NCBI GenBank assembly: GCA_028534125.1
Contig: CM052816.1
Span: 22,260,001-22,324,000 of the forward strand
DNA: 64,000 nucleotides
Reading direction: 5' to 3'
DNA from: Lama glama
Lineage: Eukaryota
The notes under the pieces were generated by a model. The model saw only the letters and a program-made list of their open reading frames with translations, searched no databases and had not been told where the DNA came from. Shown piece by piece: positions 24,611 through 37,944 of the stretch (positions are counted from its first letter, which is position 1; every line of letters starts with the position of its first letter). The position numbers were made by a program, and so were the translations under genes.

Positions 24611-25859
24611 GACACACACAAATACATGATGATTGGGAAAACATGTCTAAAGTAAAACACTTCAGAGACAAATACCATTACCAAATATTAGTACCATGCT
24701 GGGAAACATCAGAGGGGGAAAGCATATACTATGAATAGGAAGCGGGGGGGTCGTAAATCAATATTTACTGTTTCTGAGGATACTTTAGAAGTTCATTACC
24801 TTGATTATAGTAATGGTAACAAGTATATACATACATCCAAACTTACCACGTTGTATATGCCAATTATATGCAGTTTTTTTGTACACCAATTAAAACTCAG
24901 TAAAGCTGTGGGGGAAAAAGAAGTCCACCAGTGCTCCAATGTACAACAATAAGTAGGTAAAGAATTCACTAGTCCTATAAGTAGCTGACAAATCTTTTCT
25001 CTTTTTAAAAAATTAAGTTGCAAAACAGCAACCATCCAATTGAAAATTTACACTAAATCTGTAACTTTAGTCATATCTAGCACCAACAACCATAGCATTT
25101 ACACTACAGTCAGTTTAAAGGGTTTAGATCACCATGGCTCAAAAATCTGGGACTCCATCATACTCGGCACTGTACGGTGCTAAAACGAAAGAGGAGGAAG
25201 AAAAACGATTCTTATGCTTCTACTCAGAAAAATGCATTCTAAGTTCTTCCCAATACCGGGTTGTTCCTTTTCCACATGGAATGTGCAAGAGCAGGGGTGG
25301 TAAAGAACCAGTGGGCGAGTTGGCTCACAGCATTTAATTTTTGTAAATACTTCAGAAAACTTTAGAGATGACCAAGCAGCTTTTAAATAAGGCACTCTTG
25401 ATACTGTCTCAGAGAACTGTAAGGATATGTTTCTATAAACTGTAAACATACATAAAATTATTAGTGCATCCTTTAAATGTTTTTTCCTGATGCCAACAAG
25501 CAAGTTACTCTTCTACTAGAATAACCACATGGCCCTGTTAAGTTCTGTGTAATTTTTCTCAGCAAGTCAAACAGGCTAATAAATCAGATGCCCAAGGAAT
25601 TCTTGTGCAATATTTCATACAAATATGTATTATTAAACAATAACACAATACTGACATGTTACATGTGCACAAATAATTCAAAGTCTTTGTGTAGAAGAAA
25701 ATGTATTTCTAATGCCTCATAATTCTAAAACCCTATGCTCCTGCTATTTAAATTCCTCATCTATGCCTTTCTAGTTTGAGTGTAACTGTATCACATACTG
25801 GAACATGATTCACTTTATTACATCCATTATGAATACTGGCAATAAATAAGTCAATCTTA

Positions 25860-27960
25860 AAAAACACGGACATGTAAGGAGTTTGGAAGGTGTCAGTCCC
25901 ATGCACACAACGAGAAAAAACTTCCACAAATGGAAAACAAACAACTCTTCTTAGATCCTTCAGAGAACTGACCTCACAGAGCAAACTGCTGCCTCCAAAA
26001 ATGGAGAGAGAGGCTAATACAGAAAATTACGACTTACTAGAGCAGAAACCCGTGAGTGAAGACCTCCAGGCAACCCAAGACCAGAGCAGGAAAACCGGAA
26101 CAGTCACTGACGCACTGCTGCAGGATGAGTCTAGACGGTGTGCAAGTTTAAAAACTCCAGCAGTGCCTAGTCTTAGGGGGCCCCCTACACTTCTGTGTTA
26201 CCTTCAGGAACTCTAATACACTCTCAAAGTAAAGATAAGAGAAAAATCTCCTTCTGCTTCAGCAAAGATGGGGGTACGGTAGCCACCTTAAGTCAGAACA
26301 CTACAGGCCAGCATCAGTGCATCTGATTCTGAACTGACCTAACCAGAGACATATTCTCCCAGTCCCCTCTGCACGGATATTCTGTCTACCAGCAGAGTCC
26401 TCCAACAGTAGATGCCATCAAAACAGAAAATGCAACACCATCTTCTCAAATTCTAACTCTCTTAAATACACCGATGATTGGGAAATCATCCATCTTTCTT
26501 GGCTCCATCTTTCATGTTGATTAACTCCAGTTAAGACTATGCCACAGCCATTCAGGCTGAGAATCTTAGAAATGAGGGCTGGAAACAATGTGTAGCCTCT
26601 TCCTGGGGAGGAGAGTATTCACAGATTCATAGAATCTCAGTGCTGGGAGGAGCCTTGGAAGCAATCTGTCGTAGGCAACCTGTGAAACAGTCCCAGTGAT
26701 CCCTGTCTCCTGGTATTCACGCCCTTGTGGGCTCCTCGCCCTTCGCTGTGGGCTGGACTTAGTGAGTCAGTTCTAAAGGACGGAATACAGCAAAACTGGT
26801 GGGATGTTAGAAAGACTCTGCCTTCTCTCTTGCTTGCCCTCTCTCGTGCATGCTAATGAAAGCCAGCCGTCTTGGTGAGAGCTGTCCTATGGAGAGACAC
26901 ACGGAGCAAGAAACTGAGGCTCTTATTCCAACTGAGACTCGTTAGGATTCAGAGAGGAACTGAACACCAACACCCACTTTGGTGAGCTTAAAAAGCAAAT
27001 CCTCTCCACCTTGACTCCCGAGACAACTGCAGCCCCAGCTGACACCTTAACTGCAGCTTAAAAGAAACCCTAAATCAGAGGACTTGGCTACACAGCACCT
27101 GGATTCCTGACCCATAGAATCTGTGAGATAATAGAAGTATTTTTCCTTGGAGCCGCTATGGTTTAGGTTAATTTGTGTCATTTTAGGTAACTAATACTTT
27201 ACCCAATCTCTGTATTCTCAGTGAGCTGATGGAGATCAGGAGAGGTTTGGTACTTTGAGCTCTCACAAACTCAGAGCAGACTGGAAGCTAGGGCCCCAGG
27301 TGGGTTCTCTCAGCAACTCACAACGCGCTTCTGCAATCTGACAGTACGAAGCTCGCCTGGCCTGGTCTGCTCTTCTTAACAAAGACTGCCCTCTAAAGAA
27401 ACTTCTTTTTATCAGAGTCTAATGGGCTGGGGTTTTCCCAGAAACCAACCAACTTTGTATAAAGGAAATGTCCAACCCTAGCCCACTTTAGCCTTCCACG
27501 TTGGGAAAAAGGAAATACCCAGCTCCAGCCTCCTCTAGCCTTTTTGCCTCAACTAAGGAGTAAAAAACAGAACAAAACTGAGAAGCACTTGTATAGGTTA
27601 CAGTCCAGGGGCAGCGGCTCATGAAAACCTAACCACTGGGGTATACAATGCTTCCTCTCCCTCAAAACACTACCACCACATCTACAGGGCTCCTGTATGA
27701 CAGGGAAATACAACGGAAAGAACTGGACATCTCAGCCCTTATTCAAGAAGAAGTCTCTAGGGAAACCAACAACAACACAGCACAACAAGCACAGCAAAGG
27801 ACATTTTGTCCTCCAACACCTACAGCTACAGCCAACAGTAAACACAGCCTAACTCCCATCTAGGTAAACATAAAAACTCACACTACAGGCCGATTTACCT
27901 AAGTTACCCAGAGTACTGTCATGTCTGATTTTCAACCAAAACTACAAGGCATGCTAAAAA
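25860..27960 (+). mobile_element. Old L1 5' region (L1MDa-like), split by a ~1.06-kb block at about 26303-27365
   Basis: Left part acaactcttcttagatccttcagagaactgacctcacagagcaaactgctgcc; right part tcttcttaacaaagactgccctc...cctacagctacagccaacagtaaacacagcctaactcc. Confidence 0.7.
26667..27197 (+). mobile_element. MaLR solo LTR (MLT1F-like) inserted in a MIR
   Basis: cccagtgatccctgtctcctggtattcacgcccttgtg...ggattcctgacccatagaatctgtgagataata...taactaatac; MIR halves at about 26625-26666 and 27200-27310. Confidence 0.85.
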
Positions 27961-28099
27961 CAATATGGCAACAGGATTCACATATTCTATAATCTTTAAA
28001 AAACTGCTGAAAATGTAATCATTGGTGAAACATATCACAGATAATAAATTATACAGAATAACTTAACTGTATAGGTAACCATGCTTACTAACATATGCA

Positions 28100-28483
28100 C
28101 TCATTTTACACTTAAGTAAACTTGAACCTCTCCCATTAAAGTCAAGAGAAGCAAGGATGCTCAGCCAAAACTGACACTGTTCAACATACTGGAGGTCTCT
28201 CAATGCAGCAAGATATCAACAGAGGAAAACATTTATGTATCAGAAAAAGACTGAAAAAATGTCATTATATGGAGAAATCTAGAAAACATAAAATGTTTAG
28301 TATGGTGTCTGGATAAAAAACTAATGTATAAAAATTATTAGCTGCCTACACACTAGTAAAAAAATCTAATTAGGAAACGTAACAGAAAAATAAAATTTCA
28401 TTCAGAATAGCAACAAAAATCCATTAAAAAAATCTAGACCAAATCTAGTAAAAGATGTACAAAACTTATATACTGAAATTTTA
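28100..28483 (+). mobile_element. Ancient L1 ORF2 remnant (host of the young L1; continues at 47150-47710 on the minus strand)
   Basis: gcaaggatgc...ttcaacatactggaggtc...aaagatgtacaaaacttatatactgaaa. Confidence 0.7.
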
Positions 28484-30784
28484 GGGAGAGAAGCAAGATG
28501 GTGGAGTAGAAGGACGCTTGTAGCTCACCCTCTCCCACAAATACACCAAAACTCACATCTACAGACCCACTCAGCCAACCAGAACACCCGCCGAACTCCA
28601 ACATTGCCCTCTTCGAAAGAAAGACAAAAACGCCAAAAATCTGGTAGGAGAAAAGGAAAAAAGAAAGAAGAAAAAGCAAAACAGTGCAGGACCGGTCCCG
28701 CGGGGAGGGAGCGGCAAAGGAGGACTGGCGCTCGTTCGCTGGGTCTCCCCGCTCCAACGGACAGGCCAGCAGGACAGAAAGAGAGCCTCCGAGGCTCAGA
28801 TCTGCCCCAAGCACCCCTTGACCAACAGAACCGAGTTAAAGGGGCACAAAGGGTCCCCGAGACACCCAGCCCCGAGACGTGAGCCAGCGGCTGGGGCCCA
28901 GACAGGCCGCCCGAGCCGCGCGGAGGCCTGGGGCGGCTGCACTGAGGCACCCCGGGGGGACCGCAGGGGGCTGCGCGCCGTGGCTGGGAGCGGATACGGA
29001 GCGGAACCACCTCGGGCCCCCATAAATTGAGAAAATAGCAAAGCAACAAACGGCTGGTGTGTCCTGGCAGGAGGGGCGCCACAGCCTTTGTCTCCTGAGA
29101 CCCGCGGCGCCATTACTGGCGCTTCTCGTGAGAAGAGAGGCGGGGCTCAGCCACAGCCGCCACCTCCTCCTGTGCGCAGCCGCCAGGGCAGGGGAGGAAC
29201 CGAGACCCGAATCCGCACCCAACCTCCTGGGCAGGGCTGAGACTTGTTTACAGCCCAAGGCAGATAGGATCCTTCTGCCCTGGCACCTCAGAGAACTCGC
29301 CACCAAGACAAACGAGGAGCTGAGACTTGGCATGGAGCAGAGGTGAGGCCGTTCCACGGTCGTCCCGGAGTCGCCTTCGGAGCGCCCACCCGAGGCGGCG
29401 CGGGCAGCTGCACAGAGCAGCGGAGCCACAGGCACTGGGAGAGGGCGGGCGGCAACCCGCTTTCCTGGCAGGAACGCAGCCCCTGACCACGGTGCTGGGA
29501 GGGGGCGCGATCCACCCACCTGCCTCGCCCGAGCGCAGCATCTGACCGCGGCATCGGGTGGGGGAGTGACCCGCCCGCCCACCGGGTAAGAGCTCAGCAC
29601 CTGACCCAGTGTTGGGAGGGGGCGCGATCTGCTAGCCGACAGCCACTGGGAGCAGCACAGACAAGGGCGCCAACAGAGGGCCTCTGGAAACAGCAAGATG
29701 AGTTTGCGAAACAGGGTGAAGACACAAAGACCTCTCGATAAAATCTTTGAGCGCACACAGTCTACAGGAGAACAGATCCTTTTCGTTTGGCTTTTTTAAT
29801 CTTTTTTATATCTGTTCTATTTTCTATTACCTTTTTAAGTTTTACTTTTTAAACAATTGTGTATGTCTATAGTTTTAATGCCTTTAAAATTTTTCTTTTA
29901 AAATCTTTTTATTATTATTATTATTTTTAAAAATCCACTTCATTTTTATATCTCTTGGGTTTGATCTCCTGTTATTGATTATACACAGGTTTGAAATATT
30001 GTTTTCTGATTTTTTCTCCTTTTTTTTAAGGTTTTTAAAAGACATCTCAACTCAATTGCTATTCTGCTTCATCTTGCTCTTCTATTATTGATTATATGTT
30101 GTTTTCAAACCTTTTTTCCTCCATTCTTTTAAAATTCTTTTTTTATTCCTGCATAGGCTTTAGGTAGATAAATAAACTCCTTAAGGACCACAATAGATAA
30201 CTGATACTCCTTAAGCCACAGTGCCAGAGATATGAGCAATATGAAGAAGCAGAGGAACCACTCCCAATTAAAAGATCAAGAGAAATCCCCTGAAAGCACG
30301 ATCAAGGAAATAGACATTGATGGCCTACTTGATCAAGATTTCAAAAAAGGAGTGATGAAAGTACTGAAGGAACTAAAAGAGATAGTGTTTAGAGCTATAA
30401 AATATGTCAAAAATGAAACAGAAGCTATAAAGAAGAACCAAGTAGAATTAGTAAACTCATTTGCTGAGATGAGAGCTGACCTAAAGGCTGTACAAAGCAG
30501 GCTAGATAATGCAGAGGAATGAATAAGTGACCTAGAAGACAGGACAACAGAAAGCACCCAATCAGAACAGCTGAAAGATAAACAAAAAAAAAGACAATGA
30601 AAACAATATAAGGGACCTATGGGATAATATAAAGCATGCCAATCTATGCATAATAGGGGTTCCAGAAGGGGAAGAAAGAACAAAGGGAATTGAAAAGGTA
30701 TTTGAAGAAATCATGACTGAAAACTTCCCAAACCTAAAGAAGGAATCAGATATCCAAGTACAGGAGGCTCAGAGGGTCTGAAAC
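28484..30784 (+). mobile_element. Young lineage-specific LINE-1: CpG-rich 5' UTR and disrupted ORF1, cut by the gap
   Basis: 5' end gggagagaagcaagatggtggagtagaaggac. ORF1p starts at 30232 (MSNMKKQRNHSQLKDQEKSPE), has an in-frame TGA at 30520-30522 and a frameshift in the A-run near 30585, then reads NIRDLWDNIKHANLCIIGVPEGEE. Confidence 0.95.
29476..29640 (+). repeat. About 59-bp diverged monomers (x3) in the L1 5' UTR
   Basis: gcagcccctgacc...gggagggggcgcgatc / gcagcatctgacc...ggggagtgacc / tcagcacctgacc...gggagggggcgcgatc. Confidence 0.75.
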
Positions 30785-31284
30785 NNNNNNNNNNNNNNNN
30801 NNNNNNNNNNNNNNNNNNNNNNNNNNNNNNNNNNNNNNNNNNNNNNNNNNNNNNNNNNNNNNNNNNNNNNNNNNNNNNNNNNNNNNNNNNNNNNNNNNNN
30901 NNNNNNNNNNNNNNNNNNNNNNNNNNNNNNNNNNNNNNNNNNNNNNNNNNNNNNNNNNNNNNNNNNNNNNNNNNNNNNNNNNNNNNNNNNNNNNNNNNNN
31001 NNNNNNNNNNNNNNNNNNNNNNNNNNNNNNNNNNNNNNNNNNNNNNNNNNNNNNNNNNNNNNNNNNNNNNNNNNNNNNNNNNNNNNNNNNNNNNNNNNNN
31101 NNNNNNNNNNNNNNNNNNNNNNNNNNNNNNNNNNNNNNNNNNNNNNNNNNNNNNNNNNNNNNNNNNNNNNNNNNNNNNNNNNNNNNNNNNNNNNNNNNNN
31201 NNNNNNNNNNNNNNNNNNNNNNNNNNNNNNNNNNNNNNNNNNNNNNNNNNNNNNNNNNNNNNNNNNNNNNNNNNNNNNNNNNNN
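30785..31284. other. Scaffold gap, 500 N
   Basis: Run of exactly 500 N, directly after an L1 ORF1. Confidence 0.99.
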
Positions 31285-31416
31285 TATAGTTGATTTACAA
31301 TATTAGTATACAGCATAGTAAGTCAGTATTTTTTATGGCTTATACTCTATTTAAGATTATTACAAAATAATAGCTACATTTCCTGTGCTGTATAATATAT
31401 CCTTGTTGCTTATCTA
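31285..31416 (-). mobile_element. Short L1 3' UTR fragment at contig start
   Basis: tatagttgatttacaatatt...tcctgtgctgtataatatatccttgttgcttatct. Confidence 0.85.
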
Positions 31417-32048
31417 GTCCATGTCTTTGATGACTGATTAGTATTTTCTGTTTCTGAAATCATCATCATCATGACATCATTATCAAAGTTTTCCATTATT
31501 ACGAGCTTTCCTTTGAATATGAAAATGAAAATCGTTTTAAACTGCGTTAAAATATTTCCCCAGTATTGTTTAGGATTCTGCCTTTATAAGATGATTCAAA
31601 AAGGTTTGAACATTTTAAAAATTTATTATTTAGTACCTACATTGTACGTAAACAAGTAGTTACATCTGTACTAAGTTGGACAAGTAGTCTGACTTGGAAC
31701 AACCACTGTTTTTTCTATAATACATTGAAGTAGCAGCCAGGCTGAATGCCTTCTGTTCATCAAGTTTGTAAGGAATGTGTGGTCCCCACCCCAGTTTTCT
31801 TTTTACATATTCCCTCTAGAAGTATTGTGTGATAGCTGTGAATTTGGGTGGCTGCTCTTTGAGCGGCAGTCCAAATTTTGCTACAGAATAGCCAGTCTAG
31901 CACTGTGCTGGGTATTCATGAAAGAACCTCTGGACTGTGTGATAGAAGTGAAAGAAATAGAGCCCCATCCTGTTAGAAAATGAAGCTGTGGAGACTTCCC
32001 TAGTTGTAGGAAAAACCATTCCATCAGCATGTCCAAACAGGAGATTTA

Positions 32049-32084
32049 TGTCACTGTATCTGTCACTGTATCTGTCACTGTATC
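32049..32084 (+). repeat. Perfect tandem repeat (TGTCACTGTATC)x3
   Basis: Read directly: 32049-32060, 32061-32072, 32073-32084. Confidence 0.95.
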
Positions 32085-32657
32085 AAAAGAATTTTTGAAA
32101 ACCCAATGTATGATATGATACAAAACATTAACTTTAGGTGAATTCCTTGTACGTGCAATTGCTTTTTGTTTTGATTGTCACATATGCAGACATTCTTGTG
32201 GTTCCTTTTTCCCCTTAAACAAAGCTTAGCTTTCTCATTGAGCTTTATGCAAACTACAGTTAACATCCATGTAATTGATATTTGTGTCTTATGTGACTCC
32301 ATCAGGCCCTGAAGCAGATGTAAATAGTAAGATTTCTGCGTCAGAACCTTAATGAATATCCTGACTGTGATCTGCTTGGATGCCTAAGCTCTCCTTGTCA
32401 GTCCTGACTTAACTGTTGTTATGTTTTGTTTTGTTTTTTGGTTCATTGGAACCCAAAAGTGAATTATGAAGGAGAAGAGGAGAGGATGACCCTACAGTTC
32501 GGTGCATATTTCATATTTATATTCCGCTTAATTAGTTAGTAATAAAATTTTTAAAGTGTTTAGTTCTGTTTGAACCACTCTTTGTTGATCATTGTCACAT
32601 TCACGGGGCCTGGTACATAGCAGTTGCTCAACTATCTGTCATGTACATGCATACATA

Positions 32658-32854
32658 CAGTTGACTCTTTTACAACACAGGTTTGAACTGCTTGGGTCCA
32701 CCTACATGTGGATTTTTTTTTCCAATATATGATCCATGGTTGATTGAATGCACAGATGTGGAACTGCATATATGGAGGGCTGAGTCTAAAGTTATACTCG
32801 ACTATGTGGAGGGTCTCAGCCCCGTAACCTCCTGCATTGATCAAGGGTCAACTG
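32658..32854. mobile_element. Tigger2a-like MITE with TA duplication
   Basis: TA-cagttgactcttttacaac...attgatcaagggtcaactg-TA terminal inverted repeats. Confidence 0.92.
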
Positions 32855-35329
32855 TACATAATGCATGTATCCATGTAAAAATCCTGCATTCAAAACATAT
32901 GCTGAAGTTTGTTTCTGTTATCCAGTTAAAATGTGGTGTCAGAAAGGGTTACTGATTTCCTGGTTCAATCTGAGGAAAGAAATACAATAAAGGGGAGCTA
33001 AATGTGCATGTACCTCTTAATTTCCTTATTGATACACTGCACAAGCTTGGTATAGCAATGGAAAGCTCTTTTCAGGAGATAATATGATACAAGTATTATT
33101 TATTTTGTGTTAAGGTATTCTTTGTGTTGTCGCCAAATTAAACTTACTTGCCCATTATCTTTGGAATTAACCTATTATAAGATAGCCTCTTTAAAAACAT
33201 CATTCCTATATTTATGTTTACATATAAATTTTTAATACTATTTATAGAAATATATTAAATTCCATCCTGGGGCTGGAAGATAAAAGATGATAGAGAAGTA
33301 TTTTTTCCTTACATTATTTTCTGTAAGCAACAAAAAAGGCTTTTAAGCACCAACTGGAATCCCATATAAATATATTTTTAACTTTTTCTCTAATAGTCGT
33401 CAGAGCCCTGTTACTATCCTATCTGGTCCACAGTTCAGTATATGAATGCTTTCAAGACCTTTAAAGTCTTTTTTATATAGTCTGAATACTCTGTGTAGGT
33501 CTCCAATGCGGAACAGAACTTTATCATTTCATTTAAATTCCAAGTTAGTTTTTTGTTTTGTTTTGTTTTGTTTTAGTAAAAAATACATCTTATTAAAATG
33601 TTTATGTTTGGGCTAACTAAGGAGAATAACAGATTTATTTAAATAACTTTTGCAAGATATTTTAAGATTATTTGAACTATGAAAATGATCTTAATTTAGC
33701 TTTTGGGAAGATCATTTTACCCTGTTTTTAAAAGTAATTGTATAACTGCACTTAAGGTGTTGATGAGAAGACAGTTTTTAAAAAGGATAAAAGTAATAGT
33801 AAGTTTTCCCCTTGACAGCTTGAATTTTTCTATTGTTTTAACATGCAGAGACATTAAGTTTCAAGAGTCCATGAGTTTAATCTGCCTGTAGTGTGTTTTA
33901 CTAAAGACCTTAGTGATTCTTCTTTTGGAAAAATACAAACTCCTTCTGACTAAGGGCAGCATATTTCTCCTATATGCCCCTTAAAACACAGGTCGAAATA
34001 GCATGTACCTAAGCAACTGTGGAGGAGATAATAATGTAGGGTAGGTCTGCGAGTCCACAGCTGTGCATACATTATATAGCTGATCAGTCTTTAACAACAG
34101 ACATATATTTGTCACAGAACATTTTCCACAGATACTGTCATTGTTTAACTTAGTAATGATGAGAAATACATGATAACTATAATGCATTGTGTGTGGCTTT
34201 TTTGTTTGTGCTGGATGTTTGTCTTGAGAAAAAACTTGACCTAATAACATAAATCATCTCTTGTGCAGGGGTAATAAGCATTTTTTAATTTAATTTTTGA
34301 ACACTGACATATAGTCAGTTTATAATGTTTCTTTCGTCAGTTCCTGATTTACAGCATAATGTTTCAGTTGATAGGCATTTTGATAATACAATTTGATGTA
34401 AATTTTTGTGGCATTGTTGGGGAGGAGAAATATGAAATAACTAAGAGAACTCTGTAGCATGACATAGTTCTGTTGGAACAAATTAATCTTGTAAAACTTT
34501 CTCCTAGCCAAAAAAAATCATTGGCAGCTGAGAATACATCATTTTATTTGGGGGAAAATATCAAGTTAACAAAAAGACTATTGTAACAATAGTCATAAAG
34601 CAAGTAGCAATCAAATGTAAATCACTGTGATCTTTTTCCTCCCTGGGGATGAACCTGAAACGTGGTATCAAAGCCTGGTCTCCACCTCACCTTGTTCCAC
34701 ACCCAGATAAATGACTGCACTTTGTTCCTAATCAACTCTCACATCCCTGTGGGATGGATAAGGTTTCCTTGAGGGACCAGGAAGCATGGATTACACATAC
34801 TTCTCATTATTTAAGCCTTTTAGTTAACTCCTCTCCTCCTTTTGCAGAACAGACTAGGCAGCCAGTTCAGGCAGTAGAGTAGGTATTGAACAAGCATTCC
34901 CTTCTAAAAGTTTAATCCTCTGATATCCAAAGCCTTCCATACTGAGAAGAGAAAACCTAACTAAACACAATTTATTACAAGAGTATATATTTTTTTACAA
35001 TTAATAAATGATAGATGAACTAAGTTAGAACTACTTATCGACTGTAAACCCTCTGTATTGTTAATCTAATTGTGTACCATAGACTAACTTAATACTGTCC
35101 TGCTTCACTTACCCTTTTAAATATAAATAATAATAAACAGATACTTTTTTTTTGTATGTGTGTATGTATGCTACTCCATCTAAGAAAGGGAGACTGACTA
35201 GAAAAAAATCTTCATCCTATAAGTTAGCATCAAGGAAGCTTGTCTCTGCTCAGTTTTCTGGGTGGAAAGAAAAAAAAAAAGATAGTGGTGATGAAGATCA
35301 TAGTAACAACAAAAACATATTCATTCATT

Positions 35330-35575
35330 TGTTTATTAGTGTATTTAAACTTACTGTGTGCCAAGCACTATTCTAAGCAATTTAAGTTTACTCATTTAAA
35401 CCTCATATACACCTTTGAGGTAGATGCAGTTATAAACTGCATTTGATTGAGCTGCAAACTGAGACACATAGAAGTTAAGTAACCTGCCAAGACCATCCGT
35501 CCCGTGAGTGGAAGAATGCAGGATTCCAGCTTAGCTTCAGAATCCAAGTTCTAAATCACTGCATTATACTGTCTT
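35330..35575 (-). mobile_element. MIR SINE, near full length
   Basis: tactgtgtgccaagcactattctaagc...aaactgagacacatagaagttaagtaacctgcc...tctaaatcactgc. Confidence 0.85.
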
Positions 35576-35789
35576 CCCAGGCTTGCGTCTCGACACCAGT
35601 GTTTAATGTGAATGTGTACTGTCCATGTGATATGAGAATCACAAGGCAAGAAATTAAATTAAAACTTACGCTTGAATTTGTAAACTTTGTGGGTTTCTAA
35701 GTGCTAGCGATTGCATACTGTGTGCTCTTTAGGGCTTGTTCCTCAACCAGGGAGCACCAGGAAAAACACCTTCCCAGTCAAGGTGAAAA

Positions 35790-37665
35790 TCATAGCAAGA
35801 CAATTACCAGGAAATGTCCAACATGAGGAAGAATTAGGATCTCACAGTCCAGTAAGGAATTGATTTAAGTCAGAGAAACAGTATTAAACAAGTCTTTCTG
35901 AAGCGTCTAAATGAAAGACTAAGACACTGAAGTAAGTGAATTTGCAAACCAACCAAATAGAATTAATTGAAATGAAAATTGTGACTATTGAAATAAAAGT
36001 CGTTAGTTTGGGGGAAATATTAATACAAGGTTAAACAGCAGTAGAAACAGGTGAAAGAATCATAAATTGAAGCGAATCGGAAAGTAGAGAGTTGGTGAAA
36101 TTGTGGCCAAATGCGAAGACAGTCTTCAAAGTATCTGTAGAGAAAAAACAAATTTATATTTAAAGGACCAAAAATTAGATTGACAGTTGACTTCTCATCA
36201 GCAACAGTAGTGGTCAGAATAACATCTGCAAAGGACTGAAGGAAGAGCACCGCAGGCTAAGAATTCTAAACTTAGCTAATCTGTTATGCAAGAATAAGGG
36301 CAGAATGCGGAGATTGTGCTATTTAACAGGTTGTGTATCTGAGTGAAGGGCACGTGGGAGATTTCTGTTCTGCTTTGGCAGCTCTTCTGTAAGTAAATTA
36401 CTTCACAATTAAAATGAAAAAGCCTGTAATTTTACAGAAACAACTGAGCAGCTTTCCACTTATAGCTGAATGTTAAAAAGGATATACTATTAAAAAAATG
36501 TTAAAATATGTATTTTATGCAGAAGGAAGTTGAACTTTAAAGAATTGAGAGGCCAGAAACAATGGTGATCAAAGAAATTGGTAAATGTGGACAAATATTA
36601 GTGATCATCAGCATCACTTACACTTACATGTGCTCTGTATAAGTTTTTTTTTTTAATTCTCACAACAATGAAAGAGTTCATCCATTCCCCAGCACAATGA
36701 ATGAAAAAGGACCAAACTAAGTGACATCTCTGTGAAATCTGAGAATTCCAGAAGTGAAGAGAAAATCTTTAAACTTCCAGTGAGGGGAGAAATACATCAC
36801 CAGGAAGGAAGCAGAATTAACATGTAACCAGACTTCTCAGCAGCAACTCTTGAAGGTAGTAAACAGTGAAACAGTGCCTTGAAAGTCCTGAGGAAAAGAT
36901 CTTAAAGTTGGTATTCTGTATTTAACCAAACGGTCAATCAGATGTCAAATGCAAGCATTCAAAACATTCTTCTTCCCTGCACCATTTTTTAAGAAGCTGC
37001 TGGAGTATGTGATTTTACAAAATAAGCTGAGGGGGATGAAAAAAGGAAGACAAAATTCTTAATAACAGGGGATCAACTTAAGAAAGGAACTGAGGGAACT
37101 TGCCTTAAGAGCAGCTAGTAAAGATTGAAGGAAGAGGCTAGGTAGTTCTGTGAAGACTCCAAAGGAAAATTTGAATCAGGACATCTATGCACATGTTCAG
37201 GTATTTGGAAATTACAGGGCTTTTACAGATCTAATTAAGGTGTTTTACAGTTCTGGTATAGGTTAAATTGAAAAATTAAGCAAAAGAGAGCTCAGGAGTT
37301 ACTAACTTCAGGTAAACAAAACATTATTTGAAAAAAGATAGCTACTTTGAATAGGTTACTTGTGTCAGCAGTGGCAATAATAATAGCATAAACATTGAAT
37401 ATTGATTCAACCAAAATTACTAATTATCAGTGATGATGAGAGTAGAAGGAGGTTTGAGGGTGGGAGGTGATATCTGAAAAAAAAAAAAAGACATATCCCA
37501 GTCTATTTTAACAGAAAGTCAGTTTAAATTATCTAAAAATCAAGAAGAAGAAATAGCAATAGGCATCTTACTCGTCAATATTAGCAGAAACACCTTGGCA
37601 GGTTAAAAATGTCTACTGCTAACAGATGGAGAGGGATAGGTCAGAGACTTGCTATTTTTAATCAG
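35790..37665 (+). mobile_element. Ancient HAL1/L1ME-like ORF1 fragments
   Basis: Two ORF1-like blocks (cagttgacttctcatcagcaacag; ccagacttctcagcagcaactcttgaagg); the 3' end appears to continue at about 39370-39430. Confidence 0.6.
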
Positions 37666-37944
37666 TTAATTATTTTTGCGGTTTCTTTTTTAAATTTTAC
37701 TTTTTTGCATGTAAATATATATATACAATATAATGCACATATTTTTTAGTTTCCGTGTATGTACTGATCATTGTTTCTAAGAACAGTTTAGAGCTTTAGC
37801 TTTTTAAACTTACATAGTTATCAAAGGAATAGAGCCAACCACAAAATAAGAATCAATAGGATACAGTAATCCAGTCATAAAAGCCAGTCAAGAGTGCTTA
37901 CACATATTCAAGAAATCAGTCATCTAAGGTATAAATAATAAGTA

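Noticed and set aside
28700..29700. CpG island as the CDC42SE2 promoter
   Set aside because: It lies between the L1 5' terminus and L1 ORF1, so it is the L1 internal promoter.
28836..29756. 306-aa minus-strand ORF as a host gene
   Set aside because: It has a GTG start, lies in a GC-rich L1 5' UTR where stops are scarce, and is low-complexity with no recognisable domain.
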